Shown here one piece after another: positions 28,469 through 41,905 of a stretch of DNA of 64,000 nt; the first letter of the stretch is position 1, and every line of letters begins with the position of its first letter. The DNA lies in NCBI GenBank assembly GCA_951406725.2, contig OX597833.1, forward strand, positions 3,224,001 to 3,288,000, in the 5' to 3' direction. The notes beneath the pieces were generated by a model. The model worked only from the letters and a program-made list of their open reading frames with translations, ran no database searches and was not told the origin of the DNA. Origin of the DNA: Octopus vulgaris (lineage: Eukaryota). The translations under genes and the position numbers were made by a program.

Positions 28469-28499
28469 TTATTTAAAAGCAGCATAAATATAACAAAGG

Positions 28500-28537
28500 C
28501 TGTTACTCAGAGTTTCACGTTTCCATTCATCGGACAG
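28500..28537 (-). ncRNA. Minimal hammerhead fold (family A)
   Basis: Minus strand CTGT-CCGATGA-ATG(GAAA)CGT-GAA-ACT(CTG)AGT-A-ACAG. Confidence 0.6.
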
Positions 28538-28543
28538 TTTTGT

Positions 28544-28588
<45 letters not shown>

Positions 28589-29405
28589 GTATACATTGTT
28601 TGAAGTGGTGTACAGATTTTACATTTAAATTTTAGAATTTAAAAATTCACCACACAGATACACATATATATATATATATATATGAATTATGAATTTTCTG
28701 TAAGAAAGCATTCATAATGTAACCCTGAAAGGGATAAAGTACAAAATAGTTTTTATCCAAATTCTGCTTCTTTTTTTTTAAATATATATATATATATATA
28801 TAAAATTAAATAAGGGTAGAAATTGATATCAATCAATTAAAACCAGTGGCCTAGCATATTTTTTTTTAAATCCAAAGATTTAAAAATTTTTTACATACAA
28901 AATCTAGAGGACTGACCACTAAAAATGGTGATTTTGACGTCTATATCTAGCATACGGGCTGTCGACTTTTAGTGGTCAATCCTCTAAATTATATATATAT
29001 ATTAATTGCATTCTCTGCTGATCGATTCCTTAGATACTCTTGTACCTCAGCAGTAATACTCATTCTTTAACTACATTTAGGGAGTACCAAGAGCTAAAAT
29101 AAATGGTCTTATGTGGGTAGATGTCAGAATGGAAAAGATAAAGGACTTGACAATCTCAAATTAACATTATAAAACAGGGACGAAAAAAAATGTATCTGCC
29201 ATGATAGAAAATACAGATTCTAATTCATAAAATATTAGGGGACTGGTCAGAAATAAAGACGGTGGAAATGTGTATGTACATATAAATTGGATATATAAAA
29301 ATAGAAAAAAATTATATATACATAATTGAAGATGCGTGTGTGTGTGTGTGTATAATGTTTGTTGTAATTACCTCAGATTGTCTCATATTTGTCTAACCTA
29401 AATAC

Positions 29406-29505
29406 CTTCTGGCAAGAACCATATATTTTTGAAGTATTTTTTCAGTTTTGTTAACTCTGTTTGGTGTAACCTCAATCTTAAAGCACTTGAGACACTGCAT
29501 GTAGC
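29406..29505 (-). CDS. Candidate coding exon 2 of a secreted protein (ATCSVSSALRLRLHQTELTKLKKYFKNIWFLPE-G)
   Basis: The acceptor tttcttaag|GCT continues exon 1 in phase 0 and completes a signal peptide (..VSSA). Possible donor GAAG|gtattt. The alternative donor gag|gtaatt at 29372 would include a stop. The exon start is conserved in the paralogue at 14548. Confidence 0.45.
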
Positions 29506-29574
29506 CTTAAGAAACTTATTTTTACTATCAGCATATTATTTTAATATAAAGTGTATATGAATGCAACACATGTG

Positions 29575-29612
<38 letters not shown>

Positions 29613-30531
29613 CACACACACACGCACATTCATATATATATATATATAAATGTTGGTCAAATCAAATTGAGTTTTGACTGAGGGTACATAGGGTCTTTAA
29701 GTAAATTGAAACTGAAGAATATGAAGGAACATACGCATGTGCACACACATTGTGAGAATGTGTGTGTGGGAGGTTCTGTTGTAGGGTACGATGGTGGAGA
29801 GGGAGAAAATGAGAAACAGAATGAAAAGGGGAAAAAGGGAAGAAGAGGGAGCGGTGAGTGTGTATATAATTTAATACATATATAAAGCATCATTTAATGT
29901 CATATATTATGTGTGTGTGTGTAATAATGTACTCTAACTGATATATACCTATATACATAATTTATGTGTGTATGTATTTCGCCCTATACATACACGTTTG
30001 CTTGCACATTTCTTCCCAACATGGCTTTAGCTGAGCTAAAAAAAAAACTAGACATTTGAATATAATATATTTATTTATTCCAAGACGATGATTCATTCAT
30101 TTTACAAGTGATACTCGAGGTTTTCATTCAATGTGATTCCATGGGATGTTCAGCTAAAAATTCTTGAGGACATTAACAGAGGATGAGGGTTTCCGATGAA
30201 GGTTTCAGATTGCTTTTAGAATAAAAATCGGAAGGGAAAAAAAAAAAAACTGTTTTTTTTTTCTTAAAACCTCTGTAGCTGTGTGATGGTTTGGATTATT
30301 TAAAATGAAACTAAAACCAATAATAAAAATGAATTTTTCTTTTTTCAAGTATATTTTTAATATGGCTTACAATAGTGAAATGAGAAGTAAAGAGAAAGAA
30401 TGAAAGGAAAATTTATGAAAAATTTGCAAAGGTTAGCAACAACCTGGATTAGCAAATTGGGACAAATGTGGAGGAAAAACCCAGTGGGCAATCTTAAATC
30501 GGTCTTTTTTCCAAGAACAAAAGATTACCTC

Positions 30532-30600
<69 letters not shown>

Positions 30601-31015
30601 TACATGTGTCTATGCACATATCTCTATGTATATATATGTGGATATATAAATATATGTAAATATATATTATGTATGGATGGAATTATGTATGTATATATTC
30701 AAGTGTTGGAAATGGACAAGGAAGATAGTATTCAATACAGAAATGTGGAATATTAAGTTCATTGGTTATTCGAACTTGCTTCTGTGTCTCGTGACTCAAA
30801 TGTCATGCCATTGTGATCTTTGGGTGGATTCTTACCTGAAGATCATAATGGCACAAAACTCAAATTACAAAAGAATATATATATATATATATATATATTG
30901 GGCCTGATGCAGCCTTCTGGCTTCACAGACCCCAGTTGAACCGTCCAACCCATGCTAGCATGGAAAACGGACGCTAAATGATGATGATGATATATACACA
31001 CATACATATATACAT

Positions 31016-31080
<65 letters not shown>

Positions 31081-31221
31081 TATATTGCAAAAAAAAAAAA
31101 GAAATACATCATGAGATTTTCATATTTTTACATATGCTTTCCATGCTGGCATGGGTTGGAAGAGTCATCACAGTCAACTCACTGCCCACTAGGAGCTATT
31201 TTTCCCAAAGATTATACATAC

Positions 31222-31271
<50 letters not shown>

Positions 31272-31473
31272 ATGATTTGGAAAAGGAGACAGAATGACAA
31301 AGTGTAGAGGGGTATACAAGTTGAGAGAAAAGAGAGAGAGCGGGTGAGCGAGGGGTGGACGTTCATTTTTATTGAAAACCCAATTCAATCTTGATCCAGC
31401 CACTCGATCGATCGAAGGTGTACCGATCGCGATCACTATCTTTCCCCACCCCCACTCCCCATCCCAGACATGG

Positions 31474-31700
31474 CGTATCTAGGATTACTCGATAATCCGA
31501 TGTGTAACATCCTTCTAGAAGACGGCAGCGCGTGATTTGAAGGCAATTCAGCTATTATTTCTAGCAAACCTAGTGGCCTGTGTATCACGTATCTAGGATT
31601 ACTCGATAATCCGGTGTGTAACATCCTTCTAGAAGACGGCAGCGCGTGATTTGAAGGCAATTCAGCTACTATTTCTAGCAAACCTAGTGCCCTGTGTATC
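31474..31700. repeat. Recent 114-bp tandem duplication (2 copies)
   Basis: cgtatctaggattactcgataatcc... starts at 31474 and 31588, with about 3 differences. Confidence 0.9.
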
Positions 31701-32714
31701 GACTTCCTTTCGGCAATTGCTCTTGGCTACATTTGTTACGTATGTCTATAGGTGAAAGAAACATTATACATACATTAGTAAACAAACACACCTACATATA
31801 CACACACACACTTGTTGCTTTAACTATGTTCTATGGAGGCGATGAACATTACTGGCATACACGCACGAATCTGGCAGTGGAATGTCATTTAGCCCCGGGT
31901 CGGTGCCAACAAGACCTGCCGATGATCAAAAGCATTCCAGCAGGTTTCAGATCGTCGACACCCCGACACCCCACCAAATCTATCACGTACTATTTATTTA
32001 CATAATTAAAAAAAAAAATCTTTTATCATAAAAAAGGCGGCAAGGTGCTTTTTTGAGGTAGAATTGGTAACTATTTCCAGCAAATCTACACCCACAAAAC
32101 CAAAATCATATACACACACACACTCATGTGCATATATTACCAAGTACTGGACTACGTATGTATACATAAATGTGTATATATATATATACATATACACCTA
32201 TTCTAATGCACATATTATCTGAGTGTATATATATATACACGCGTTTGTGTATACATACATCTCCAAATAAGAAGCAGATTTCTATAAATACCACAGAATG
32301 TTTCAATTGTATATACACAAAAATATATATAAAAAAAAGCAATTATATTAAATTTTTTAAACCTGTCTCTAATTTCGAAGAATTAATAATAATAATAATA
32401 AAAGAATTGAAATTACACATTTCGTAATTCCTTTGGATATAATTAAATTAACTATTTAGTTTATTATTTTTTTTAAATCATTTTAATTAGTGTCTCGTGT
32501 GTTTTAAAGAGTGCCCAATTTAAGGTTTACCTCTGTGAGTATACACACACACACATTTATATATATATACATATATATATATATACACATATATATATAT
32601 ACACATATATATATACATACACACATATATATATACATACACACATGCATATACACACACATATATATATACATACACACATGCATATACACACATATAT
32701 ATATACATACACAC

Positions 32715-32789
<75 letters not shown>

Positions 32790-33092
32790 TATATATATAT
32801 ACACATATATATACACACACACACATATATATACACACACACACACACCGATATATATATACACAGGTACATATTAATTTCTGTTGATTCACTGAGAAGC
32901 GATAAATTACAGGACGCAGCGCGTCAAGGTGCGCGTATACAGACGTAATATATACACCCATCTGTCCACCTATGAATGTATGTATATATAATATACACGA
33001 TCACATGTACATGTGTGTGTTAGTAAAATTTAAAATGAGGGTGAGAAATTAGATATTAATTAGATATAATTTAATTAACATCGATTTCACGC

Positions 33093-33225
33093 CAGGGAAA
33101 CCACCATGTGGACACCCTTATGCTAGAAATAGATCCGCTATGGTCTTACTATAGAGGATCTTCTTAGTGGTAAGACCATAGCGGATCTATTTCTAGCATA
33201 TGGGTATCCACATAGTGGTTTCCCT
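33093..33225. repeat. Inverted repeat (~58-bp arms), family shared with 34050-34150
   Basis: agggaaaccaccatgtggacacccttatgctagaaatagatccgctatggtcttac / gtaagaccatagcggatctatttctagcatatgggtatccacatagtggtttccct. Confidence 0.85.
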
Positions 33226-34200
33226 CTAATGTGTGTGTGTTAGTAGGTAGAAGGTTACAAAGGTGACTCGAGGGCCGAGAGTTTCGTGCGTAGAACTTTA
33301 TACATACATTATATATATATAGACACACACACAAAGATATATATAAATCCATGCTTATATATTTAGAGAGAGAGAGAGAGAGGATGACAAGGATGGAGAG
33401 AGAAACATCCAGGTGGACATCGGTGCAGAAGACCCAACGACGGAGCGAACCCTCTACAAGGTCGGTCGCTGGGGTCGATCGGCCTGCTAGAAAGCGTAGC
33501 TAAATCACCCTTGAATCAAGCAACACCGTCCGAAACAACGAAGGACACACTGGGTAACGTAGTCCTAAGGATCTCACGCCTTCCTCCCCCCTCCCCTCAA
33601 ATAAATACAAGACGGGATGGTCATGGTTGTAACGCCTTTGATCGTTAATTCTTCCTTCACATAACACACCTTTCTGTACGTGCACAGCTTATACACACAC
33701 ATGTACATATATATATATAAATTTATATACCCTAATACCCTAATTAGATACCCTGATTTATAATTATATATATATACATGTGTGTGTATACACACATGCA
33801 AAGTACATCCATATGTATACACGCACATGTACAGACGTGTATATATATATCCACGCACATATGTGCATATACCCATATACCTATGTATATAAACATGTAT
33901 ACAAGTACCTAGGTGTATACATACATACATAATTACATATACACACACGTTATACACACATATACATACATATATATATTTTTTTTTTAATTATTATTTT
34001 ATCTAGTTTCAGCTCACGAGCTGTGGCCATGCTGGGGCACCGCCAAATCTAAAATGCGGGTGAGAAATTAGATATTAATTAAGTGGTAAGAGCATAGCGG
34101 ATCTATTTCTAGCATAAGGGTGTCCACCTAGTGGCTTCCCCTCTAATTAGTATCTTTACACGCGCATATTTATACGAAATTAAGGTTAACTGTTACTAAC

Positions 34201-34254
34201 CTGAATGCTGACAACGGCTAGGAGCCACAATCCAACAAAACCGACAGGCCTCAT
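34201..34254 (-). CDS. Candidate first coding exon, signal peptide MRPVGFVGLWLLAVVSIQ
   Basis: ataATG context with A at -3; basic N-terminus plus hydrophobic core; ends at donor CAG|gttagt; lies in unique, CpG-containing sequence just downstream of a CRE palindrome. Confidence 0.5.
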
Positions 34255-34360
34255 TATGAAACAATCCTCCTCTCTTATGGTACAACACAGAGAAACAAAT
34301 ACACGGTGTTTATTCAATGGTCGCCGTTTAAAGATGAGAAAAACTAAGATGTCGCGCCTC

Positions 34361-34368
34361 TGACGTCA
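34361..34368. promoter_or_regulatory. Full CRE palindrome TGACGTCA in the putative promoter of the minus-strand gene
   Basis: Exact CREB/ATF site about 107 nt upstream of the ATG at 34254, next to gtcgcgcc. Confidence 0.4.
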
Positions 34369-34429
34369 TCGGTTGCTTGCAATGGTGGTGGGAGTAGGGT
34401 GGATGGTAGCAGTGAGAGGAGGTGCGAGT

Positions 34430-36000
34430 TAGGTGGGAGACTGGAGTGTTGGCTGGTTCGCTGGTGGGTTGAGTAGGAGGAGGATAGTGAGGTTAATAGC
34501 GAGTGTGAGAGTGAGAGTGAGTGTGAGAGTGAGGGAAAGGGTAAGAAAGTGAGTGGGAGAAGAATAGTAAGGTTAATAGCGAGAGTGAGTGTGAGAGTGA
34601 GAGTGAGGGAAAGGGTAAGAAAGTGAGTGGGAGAAGGTGTGATTGGGAGTATAGGAGAGAGAAAGAAAGACAAATGTAGAAAGAGATAGAGAGAGAAATG
34701 AAGGCGAGAAAAAGAGAGATAGAGGGAGAAGGTATGATTAAGAGTGAAAGAGAGAGGAAGTCAAAATTAGAGAGAGAAGAAGTAAAGAAATATGAGTGAG
34801 AGTAAAGGAGAGAGAAAGAAGAAATAATGAACGTGAAAGGAGAGTGTCAGAGTGAGAGCAAAGGAGAGACGATGACCAAAACACAGAGAGAAAGAGAGAG
34901 AGAGAGAGAGAGAAGTACTGAAAGGTACGACTGAAAAAGGGAGGAGTAGGAAGAGAAGAAAAATATAATGTGAAGATATTGAGAGAGTAGGAGGAAGAAA
35001 TACTGAAAGAAACGACTAAGGTTGATAGAGAGAGGGTAAAGGTTTATAGACAGATGGATAGATAGATAGATAGATAATACAGGACAAGAAAGAAGGGGAG
35101 GTAGTGGTCAAGCGAGAAAGGGAGAGATAAGGAGAGAGTAAGGGGTGGGGAACATGGAATACTTTTATTCTTTTTCGGCGGACAGAAATGAATGAAAGTG
35201 CAGTGGGAAAGTGCGATAGAAGAAGAAGAAGAAGAAGAAGAAGAAGAAGAAGAAGAAGAAGAAGAAGAAGAAGAAGAAGAAGATGAAGAAGAAGAAGAAG
35301 AAGAAGAAGAAGAATGGAGGAAGAAGAGAGGGAAATAGCAAATGAAAGAGGGACAGTGAAAAAAATTGAATGAATGAGAGAGAGGGTGGAAGAGAAGGAG
35401 AAAGAGTAAGAAAACTGCGGCAGACGGCGAAAAGAGGAAGGCGAAGACAAAAAGGCAGCAGAAGCAGACGACAGAGGAAGAGGAAGGGATAAAGTGAAAG
35501 ATAGAAAGATATGATGTGGTGGGAGGATTGTGAGAGAGAGAAGAAAAAGAGAGAGAAATGAGTATTTATTGAGAAGAATTTTGGCGGAAAAAGAGAAAGA
35601 AGTCGTGTGAGAGGTTGAGGAAGAGGAGCGAGGATAAAAGAAAGACACTTAATACAGAGAGAGTGGAGGAAGACATGTTGAGGACGCTGAAGAATTGATG
35701 CAGACGATAAAAAAGAGAGAGGGTCAAAAAGATGGGAGAGGGGTAGAAGAAGAGAGAAAGGGTAATGTAGTAAGACAGAGGGGAAAGGCAAATAACAGAG
35801 ATGGATAAACGGAGAGAATGAGAGAGAGGGAAAGAGATAATAAGCGTGTAAATAGAGAAGAAGGGGAGGAAGCCACTATCGGTCTGAAACACTAAATGAA
35901 TGACGGAGAAGGAGGCGTAGTGGGAGGAGAAGGACTTATCGGAGATGAATGGGGAGTGGGAGGAGAAGGAGGAGGTTGAGTTGAAGGAAAACATAAGAAC
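34430..36000. repeat. Long purine-rich (GA/GAA) low-complexity region including (GAA)n at 35218-35312
   Basis: Strong strand-asymmetric purine bias over about 1.5 kb. Confidence 0.85.
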
Positions 36001-36081
36001 AGCTCATTAACATAGAGGAGCAACAATGAAGAAGCGAAAGATAATTATTACAACATATATATACATGTATATATATATGTA

Positions 36082-36266
<185 letters not shown>

Positions 36267-36363
36267 CACATATATATATATACATATATATATAATATAT
36301 ATATACATATATATATATATATGTATATATATATACACATATATATATATATATATATATATA

Positions 36364-36402
<39 letters not shown>

Positions 36403-36429
36403 TATATAAATATATGTGATGTGTATATA

Positions 36430-36489
<60 letters not shown>

Positions 36490-36607
36490 CATGCACTTAC
36501 ATGTGTGTGAAAGGGTTACTTTAGCAACGGTGTTAAGGAGACCATTCACAAAAGGAAGGACTCAATACATCTGAAAACACAGGGACATATGCACCCATCC
36601 ATCCATG

Positions 36608-36639
<32 letters not shown>

Positions 36640-36739
36640 GTGTGTATGTGTGTGTGTGTGTGTGTGTGTGTAATTGGCAGAGAGATAAAGAAAATGGAAA
36701 ATTATAAATTCAAAGACGAACTATATGATCGATAGATAG

Positions 36740-36807
36740 TGACAAGCAGACAGGCAGACGAACAGACAGACAGACTGATAGATAGATAGACAGACAGACA
36801 GAAAGGC

Positions 36808-36882
<75 letters not shown>

Positions 36883-36958
36883 TAGATTGATTGATAGATA
36901 GATAGAGAGATAGATAGATAGATAGATAGATAGAGACAGACAGATAGATAGATAGAGG

Positions 36959-37008
<50 letters not shown>

Positions 37009-37060
37009 CAGACTGATAGATAGGTAGATAGATAGAGAGAGAGAGAGAGAGAGATAGATA
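36740..37060. repeat. (GATA)n/(GACA)n tetranucleotide repeat
   Basis: Directly visible; another (GATA)n at 6285-6386. Confidence 0.95.
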
Positions 37061-37297
37061 GCACAGGCAGATGGATAAGGGAAACAGAAAGTATGAGCAG
37101 ATGGGGTGAGGCTGGTTTGTCTTGAGCGGCCCAATAGCCCAGTGGCACAGTGGAGCACAGTAAATGTGTGCCATTGTCAGCTTCTTTGGTTTTAGAGGGT
37201 GATGGGCGAGGAAAGGCGGTTGTCATGTTTTTCTTTAATCATTGGCAATGTAGACTTTCTTGGGGTTCTTTTTCTTTTTTTTAATTTATTCAACAGG

Positions 37298-37364
37298 ATG
37301 GTGGTGGTGGTGGTGGTGGTGGTGGTGGTGGTGAAGAAGCTACTGCTGCTGGTGTTGTTGCTGT

Positions 37365-37402
<38 letters not shown>

Positions 37403-37471
37403 TTGTTGCTGCTGCTGCTACTACTACTACTACTACTACTGCTACTACTATTACAACTACTAGTAGTAACG

Positions 37472-37503
<32 letters not shown>

Positions 37504-37519
37504 ACTACTACTACTAATG

Positions 37520-37557
<38 letters not shown>

Positions 37558-37885
37558 GCTACTACTATTACAACTACTAGTAGTAACGCTACTACTACTA
37601 CTACTGCTGCTGCTACTACTACTACTAATGCTACTACTACTACTACTAATGCTACTACTACTACTAATACTACTACTACTAGTAACGCTACTACTACTAC
37701 TGTCTCTACTGTTACTACTGCTGCTGCTGCTGCTATATCCATCACTGCTACTGTTATATACTATCACCACTACCACCACCACTACCACCACCACTACCAC
37801 CACCACCACCACTACTACCACTACTGCTGCTGTTGCTGCTGTTGCTGTTTCAACTACTACCAGTACTATGTACTACTACTGCTGC
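37298..37885. repeat. Compound (GGT)/(CTA)/(CTG)/(CCA) triplet repeat with higher-order duplication
   Basis: The block ctactattacaactactagtagtaacgcta recurs. Confidence 0.9.
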
Positions 37886-38215
37886 TAGTAGTGGTATTAG
37901 TAGAACTAGTATAGCAGTTTGTTGATCCTGTTAAGAGTGTGATCTAGTTTTCCTTTCTTCCTTTCTTCCTTTCTCCCTTCCTAACATTTGTCCCCTCCCC
38001 CAACCCACCCCCACCGTACCCCCACCCTTATCTCATATTTCTTTAAACAATAGGTTTTAGAAGTGGGCAGAGCCAAGGTGTGAGAACCAGTTGCATCACG
38101 ACCCTTACTTAACAGGGGAGAGTGATACAAGAGGGGGTTTAAAGAGCAAAATAATCTGGTGTCTCCTAGCTCCCTTAACACTCTCTCTTTCTCTGTTAGC
38201 TCTCCCCTTTCTCGC

Positions 38216-38254
<39 letters not shown>

Positions 38255-38266
38255 ATACACACACAC

Positions 38267-38311
<45 letters not shown>

Positions 38312-38694
38312 AAATACAAAATGGGACAAGAACTCAAACCATCCGGACAACTAGGTGATACAAAAAACGGACAGCAAAACATCCAGATAGCCGATTCAAA
38401 GAAAACAAGGACGGGTCATTCGGAGTTTTCTATCTTCAGTCAAGAACCAGATTATCCTTGCAATTTTGGCTGATTATTCTTGAGATTGCTCCAATCTTGC
38501 CAGCCCCAAGGAAAAACTAAGCTAAGAGCATTAGATTCCTTGGAAGAAAACAGTGAATGTATACAAAAACAAGGACGGATAAAACGGACAATGTTACACA
38601 AATATAAATACTATAAAAAAATACAATAAGAATAATAACAGGACATAACAACAGGTGTCTTTCGACTAAGGACAATATATATATATATATACAA

Positions 38695-39090
38695 AGAGAG
38701 AGGAGCAATGACTGGTAACGGCTCAAAGAGCCATGGAAAGGTCAATGCTTGGTATCTCGTTGAGAGAGCACATAAGTAGCAAGATCATCAGAAAGAAGTC
38801 CGGCGTGAGAGATGTCATCGCAGAGTATACACGCAGCAAGTATAGATGGGCTGGACACGTCACCCGGCTCACCGATAATCGGTGGACGCACGCAGTTGTC
38901 GAGTGGTACCCACGTGAGCGGAAAAGACCACCCGGAAGACCTCCACGATGGTGGAGTTACAATTTCAGGAGGACGATTGGGATCACGTGGATGAGAAAGG
39001 TGCGATCCAGAGAGGAGTGGACAGCGTGCTGTGACCAGCGGTGTCAAATGGACTCCTGACGGACTGATCGGTCAAGGTGCTCAAGGTGAT
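38695..39090 (+). mobile_element. RTE-clade LINE, 5'-truncated 3' end
   Basis: Peptide LVTAQRAMERSMLGISLREH...KYRWAGHVTRLTDNRWT...WYPRERKRPPGRPP.WW is the typical RTE ORF C-terminus; inserted in (TA)n. Confidence 0.85.
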
Positions 39091-39397
39091 ATATATATAC
39101 ATATATACCTTTTTCTATCTCTCTCTCTCTCTCACCTTATCTCTCTCTCTCATCCATTTAGTTTCTCTTGGTGACAATTCTTGATATACATATTTTATCC
39201 AACACTTGACCAAATCTTTTGTCCACCGTACTGTTTGGTTGGACATCATTTGCGAGTGAATATGGAGGGGAAAAATGAACCATACTTTTGCTAATCGTTT
39301 TAAAGTTTTTATGTGGTGTCCAAAGTAGATTCGGACAACCCTCTTGACTCTGTAATACAATGAACCCAGAGGAACAAGGATGTAACTGCTGAAGAGA

Positions 39398-39435
<38 letters not shown>

Positions 39436-39571
39436 GCAGTAGCACTCAGCTGGTATTTGCTTTCAATTGAGTAGATGCCATGGTGCTGCATGGCTCATCA
39501 GGTGACTTGCAGCTACACAGGATGAACCCACTGCCAAGTGCTGCCAGGCAGGGACGAGCAATAATGTTGCG

Positions 39572-39958
39572 AGGCTGTGTGGTAAGTAGCTTGTCTACCA
39601 GCCACATGGTTCCGGGTTCAGTCCCACTGCGTGGCACCTTGGGTAAGTGTCTTCTACTATAGCCTCAGGCCGACCAAAGCTTTGTGAGCGGATTTGGTAG
39701 ACGGAAACTGAAAGAAGCCCGTCGTATATATGTATAAATATGCGTGTTTGTGTGTCTGTGTTTGTCCCCTAGCATTGCTTGACAACCGATGCTGGTGTGT
39801 TTATGTCCCCGTTACTTAGCGGTTCGGCAAAAGAGACCGATAGAATAAGTACTGGGCTTACAAAAGAATAAGTCCCGGGGTCGAGTTGCTCGATTAAAGG
39901 CGGTGCTCCAGCATGGCTGCAGTCAAATGACTGAAACAAGTAAAAGAGTAAAAGAGTA
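39572..39958 (+). mobile_element. SINE-B copy
   Basis: Full head-to-tail match to the family at 10998-11380. Confidence 0.85.
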
Positions 39959-39959
39959 T

Positions 39960-40680
39960 TGGTCTTCACGAGGAAGTCTTCCTGGTATGCTCCACATGTT
40001 GGTGGAACATCACTGAGACATGTAGACAAGTTTAAGCATCTCAGAGCCATTTTCATAAGTGATGACAAGCAGAGTTTCTACAGCTGGATGCCCTTCCTAC
40101 CTTCCTAACACCAACCACTCCGAGAGTGTAGTGGTTGCTTTTTCCTTGGGGCTGGCCAGATTGGAGCAATCTCAAGAATAATCAGCTGAAATTGCGAGGA
40201 TAATCTGGTTCTTGACTGAAGATAGAAAACTTCGAATGACCTGTCCTTGTTTTCTTTGTATGGTCTATCTGGATGTTTGTTGTTTTAATTTGGTTTTGGT
40301 GCCTATCCTTTCCTATGCTCATGAATGTTGGGTAATGAATGAAAGAAAGGGTTGTGAATACAAGCAGCCAAAATGGGGTTCTTCTAAAGGGTCTCTGGAG
40401 TAACAATACTCGACAGAGTGTGTCGCCTGGGGATCAGAGAGCCTCTCCAAGTCAAGATGTTACCCTTTTGCATTGAAAGGTCATGGCTCTGGTACTATGG
40501 ACATGTGATTAGAATGTTGCAGGAAAGAACTGCAAGACAGATTCTTCAAGCTAAGCCATCCAGCAGGAATAGAATAAGAATGACTCGGAATAGAATAAGA
40601 ATGAGTTGGATACTGTCCATGGTTTCTGTCGATCACACTTGGGAATCAAGCCAGAAAGTGTGAAGACAGTTGCTATGGAG
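39960..40680 (+). mobile_element. Decayed RTE-like LINE fragment interrupted by two insertions (~40070-40290)
   Basis: HVGGTSLRHVDKFKHLRAIF (FKYLG-like), LVPILSYAHECWVM and IERSWLWYYGHVIRM motifs, with frameshifts. Confidence 0.7.
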
Positions 40681-41049
40681 AAGGTGCCTAATGACTCTAC
40701 TCCAACAACCTGTACAGGAATAGTTGACAGAGAAAATGAGTGGATGGTTGAAAGTGGTGGTGGAGGTGGTGGGGGAGATGAACTGCTGCTCTGTGTTGTG
40801 TTCAATGATAAAATGGTTTTACCGACTCAGAGTCTTTATAATAGTAATTACCACCCAGAGAGCACTTTTTTCTGCTGGTAGTACTAATAATCTTTTCTAT
40901 AATAGACACAAGACCAGAAATTTTAGGGGTAGGGGCTAGTCGGTTACATTGACCCCAGTGCTCAACTGGTACTTATTCATCCGGCACACTAACGACTCTG
41001 CTAGCTCACCACCTTAATAATAATGATGATGATGATCATCATCATCATC

Positions 41050-41390
41050 ATCATTGATGTAGCCATACTGAATAACATGAATGATTTGAGTAAAGAGGTT
41101 GAAAAAAAATCACCAAGTCTTCCGAATTGAAAGTGGAAATGGCAAAACTGTATGGAATGTGAGGGGGTAATGTAAAAGAGATAGAAGTGGTGATCGGAGC
41201 GTTGAACTCAATCTCATTGAAACTTGAAAACTTCTTAAGGCAACTGGAAATTCCATGCAAGATTGATGTCTTGCAAAAAGCAGCCTTACTAAGTACAGCG
41301 CACATCTTAAAGAAAGTATTATCTGTCTGAGGTCCTTGTTGTGACTTGACAGATGACTAAAGACTTTTTACCTGCACTGTGTTACGAAGG
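41050..41390 (+). mobile_element. R4/Dong-type (restriction-like endonuclease) non-LTR retrotransposon 3' end
   Basis: IIDVAI...KEVEK/ITK.SELKVEMAKLYG...VVIGAL...LQKAALLSTAHILKKVLSV*, with one frameshift and one stop; flanked by (TAA)/(CAA) repeats. A related 3' UTR piece lies at ~42106-42215. Confidence 0.75.
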
Positions 41391-41872
41391 AATAACAACA
41401 ACAACAACAATAATAATAATAACAACGACAACAACAACAACAATAATAATAATGATTTGTTCTTTCTTTGCCACAAGATGTCATGTGTATCGTGTTGTGT
41501 CAAAAGTTTTACTATATCTTGGTAACCTAAGGCAGCGAGCTGGCAGAATGGTTAGCACGCTGGGCAAAATGCTTAGTGGTATTTCGTCTGTCTTTACGCT
41601 CTGGGTAATAATAATAATAATAATAATCTTTTCTACTCTAGGCACAAGGCACAAAATTTTTGGGGAGAGGACCATTTGATTAGGTTGACTCCAGTATGCA
41701 ACTGGTACTTAATTTATTGACCCCAAAAGAATGAAAGGCAAAGTTGACCTCGGCGGAATTTGAACTCAGAACATAAAGATGAATGAAAGGCCGCTAAGCA
41801 TTTCACCTGGCATGCTAATGATTCTACCAGCTCTCCACCTTAATAATAATAATAATAATGATAATAATGATG

Positions 41873-41905
<33 letters not shown>

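Noticed and set aside
29045-29100. Minus-strand LALGTP and NEYYC as aspartic-protease exon 3
   Set aside because: The motifs are in the wrong order and each is followed by a stop, so they are likely chance.
38405-38445. CTGAAGA...GAAT...GTC motif (also at 40213-40247 and 51352-51385) as a hammerhead
   Set aside because: It has GAAT instead of GAAA, a weak stem II and no stem I pairing. The repeat family is real but the fold is unsupported.
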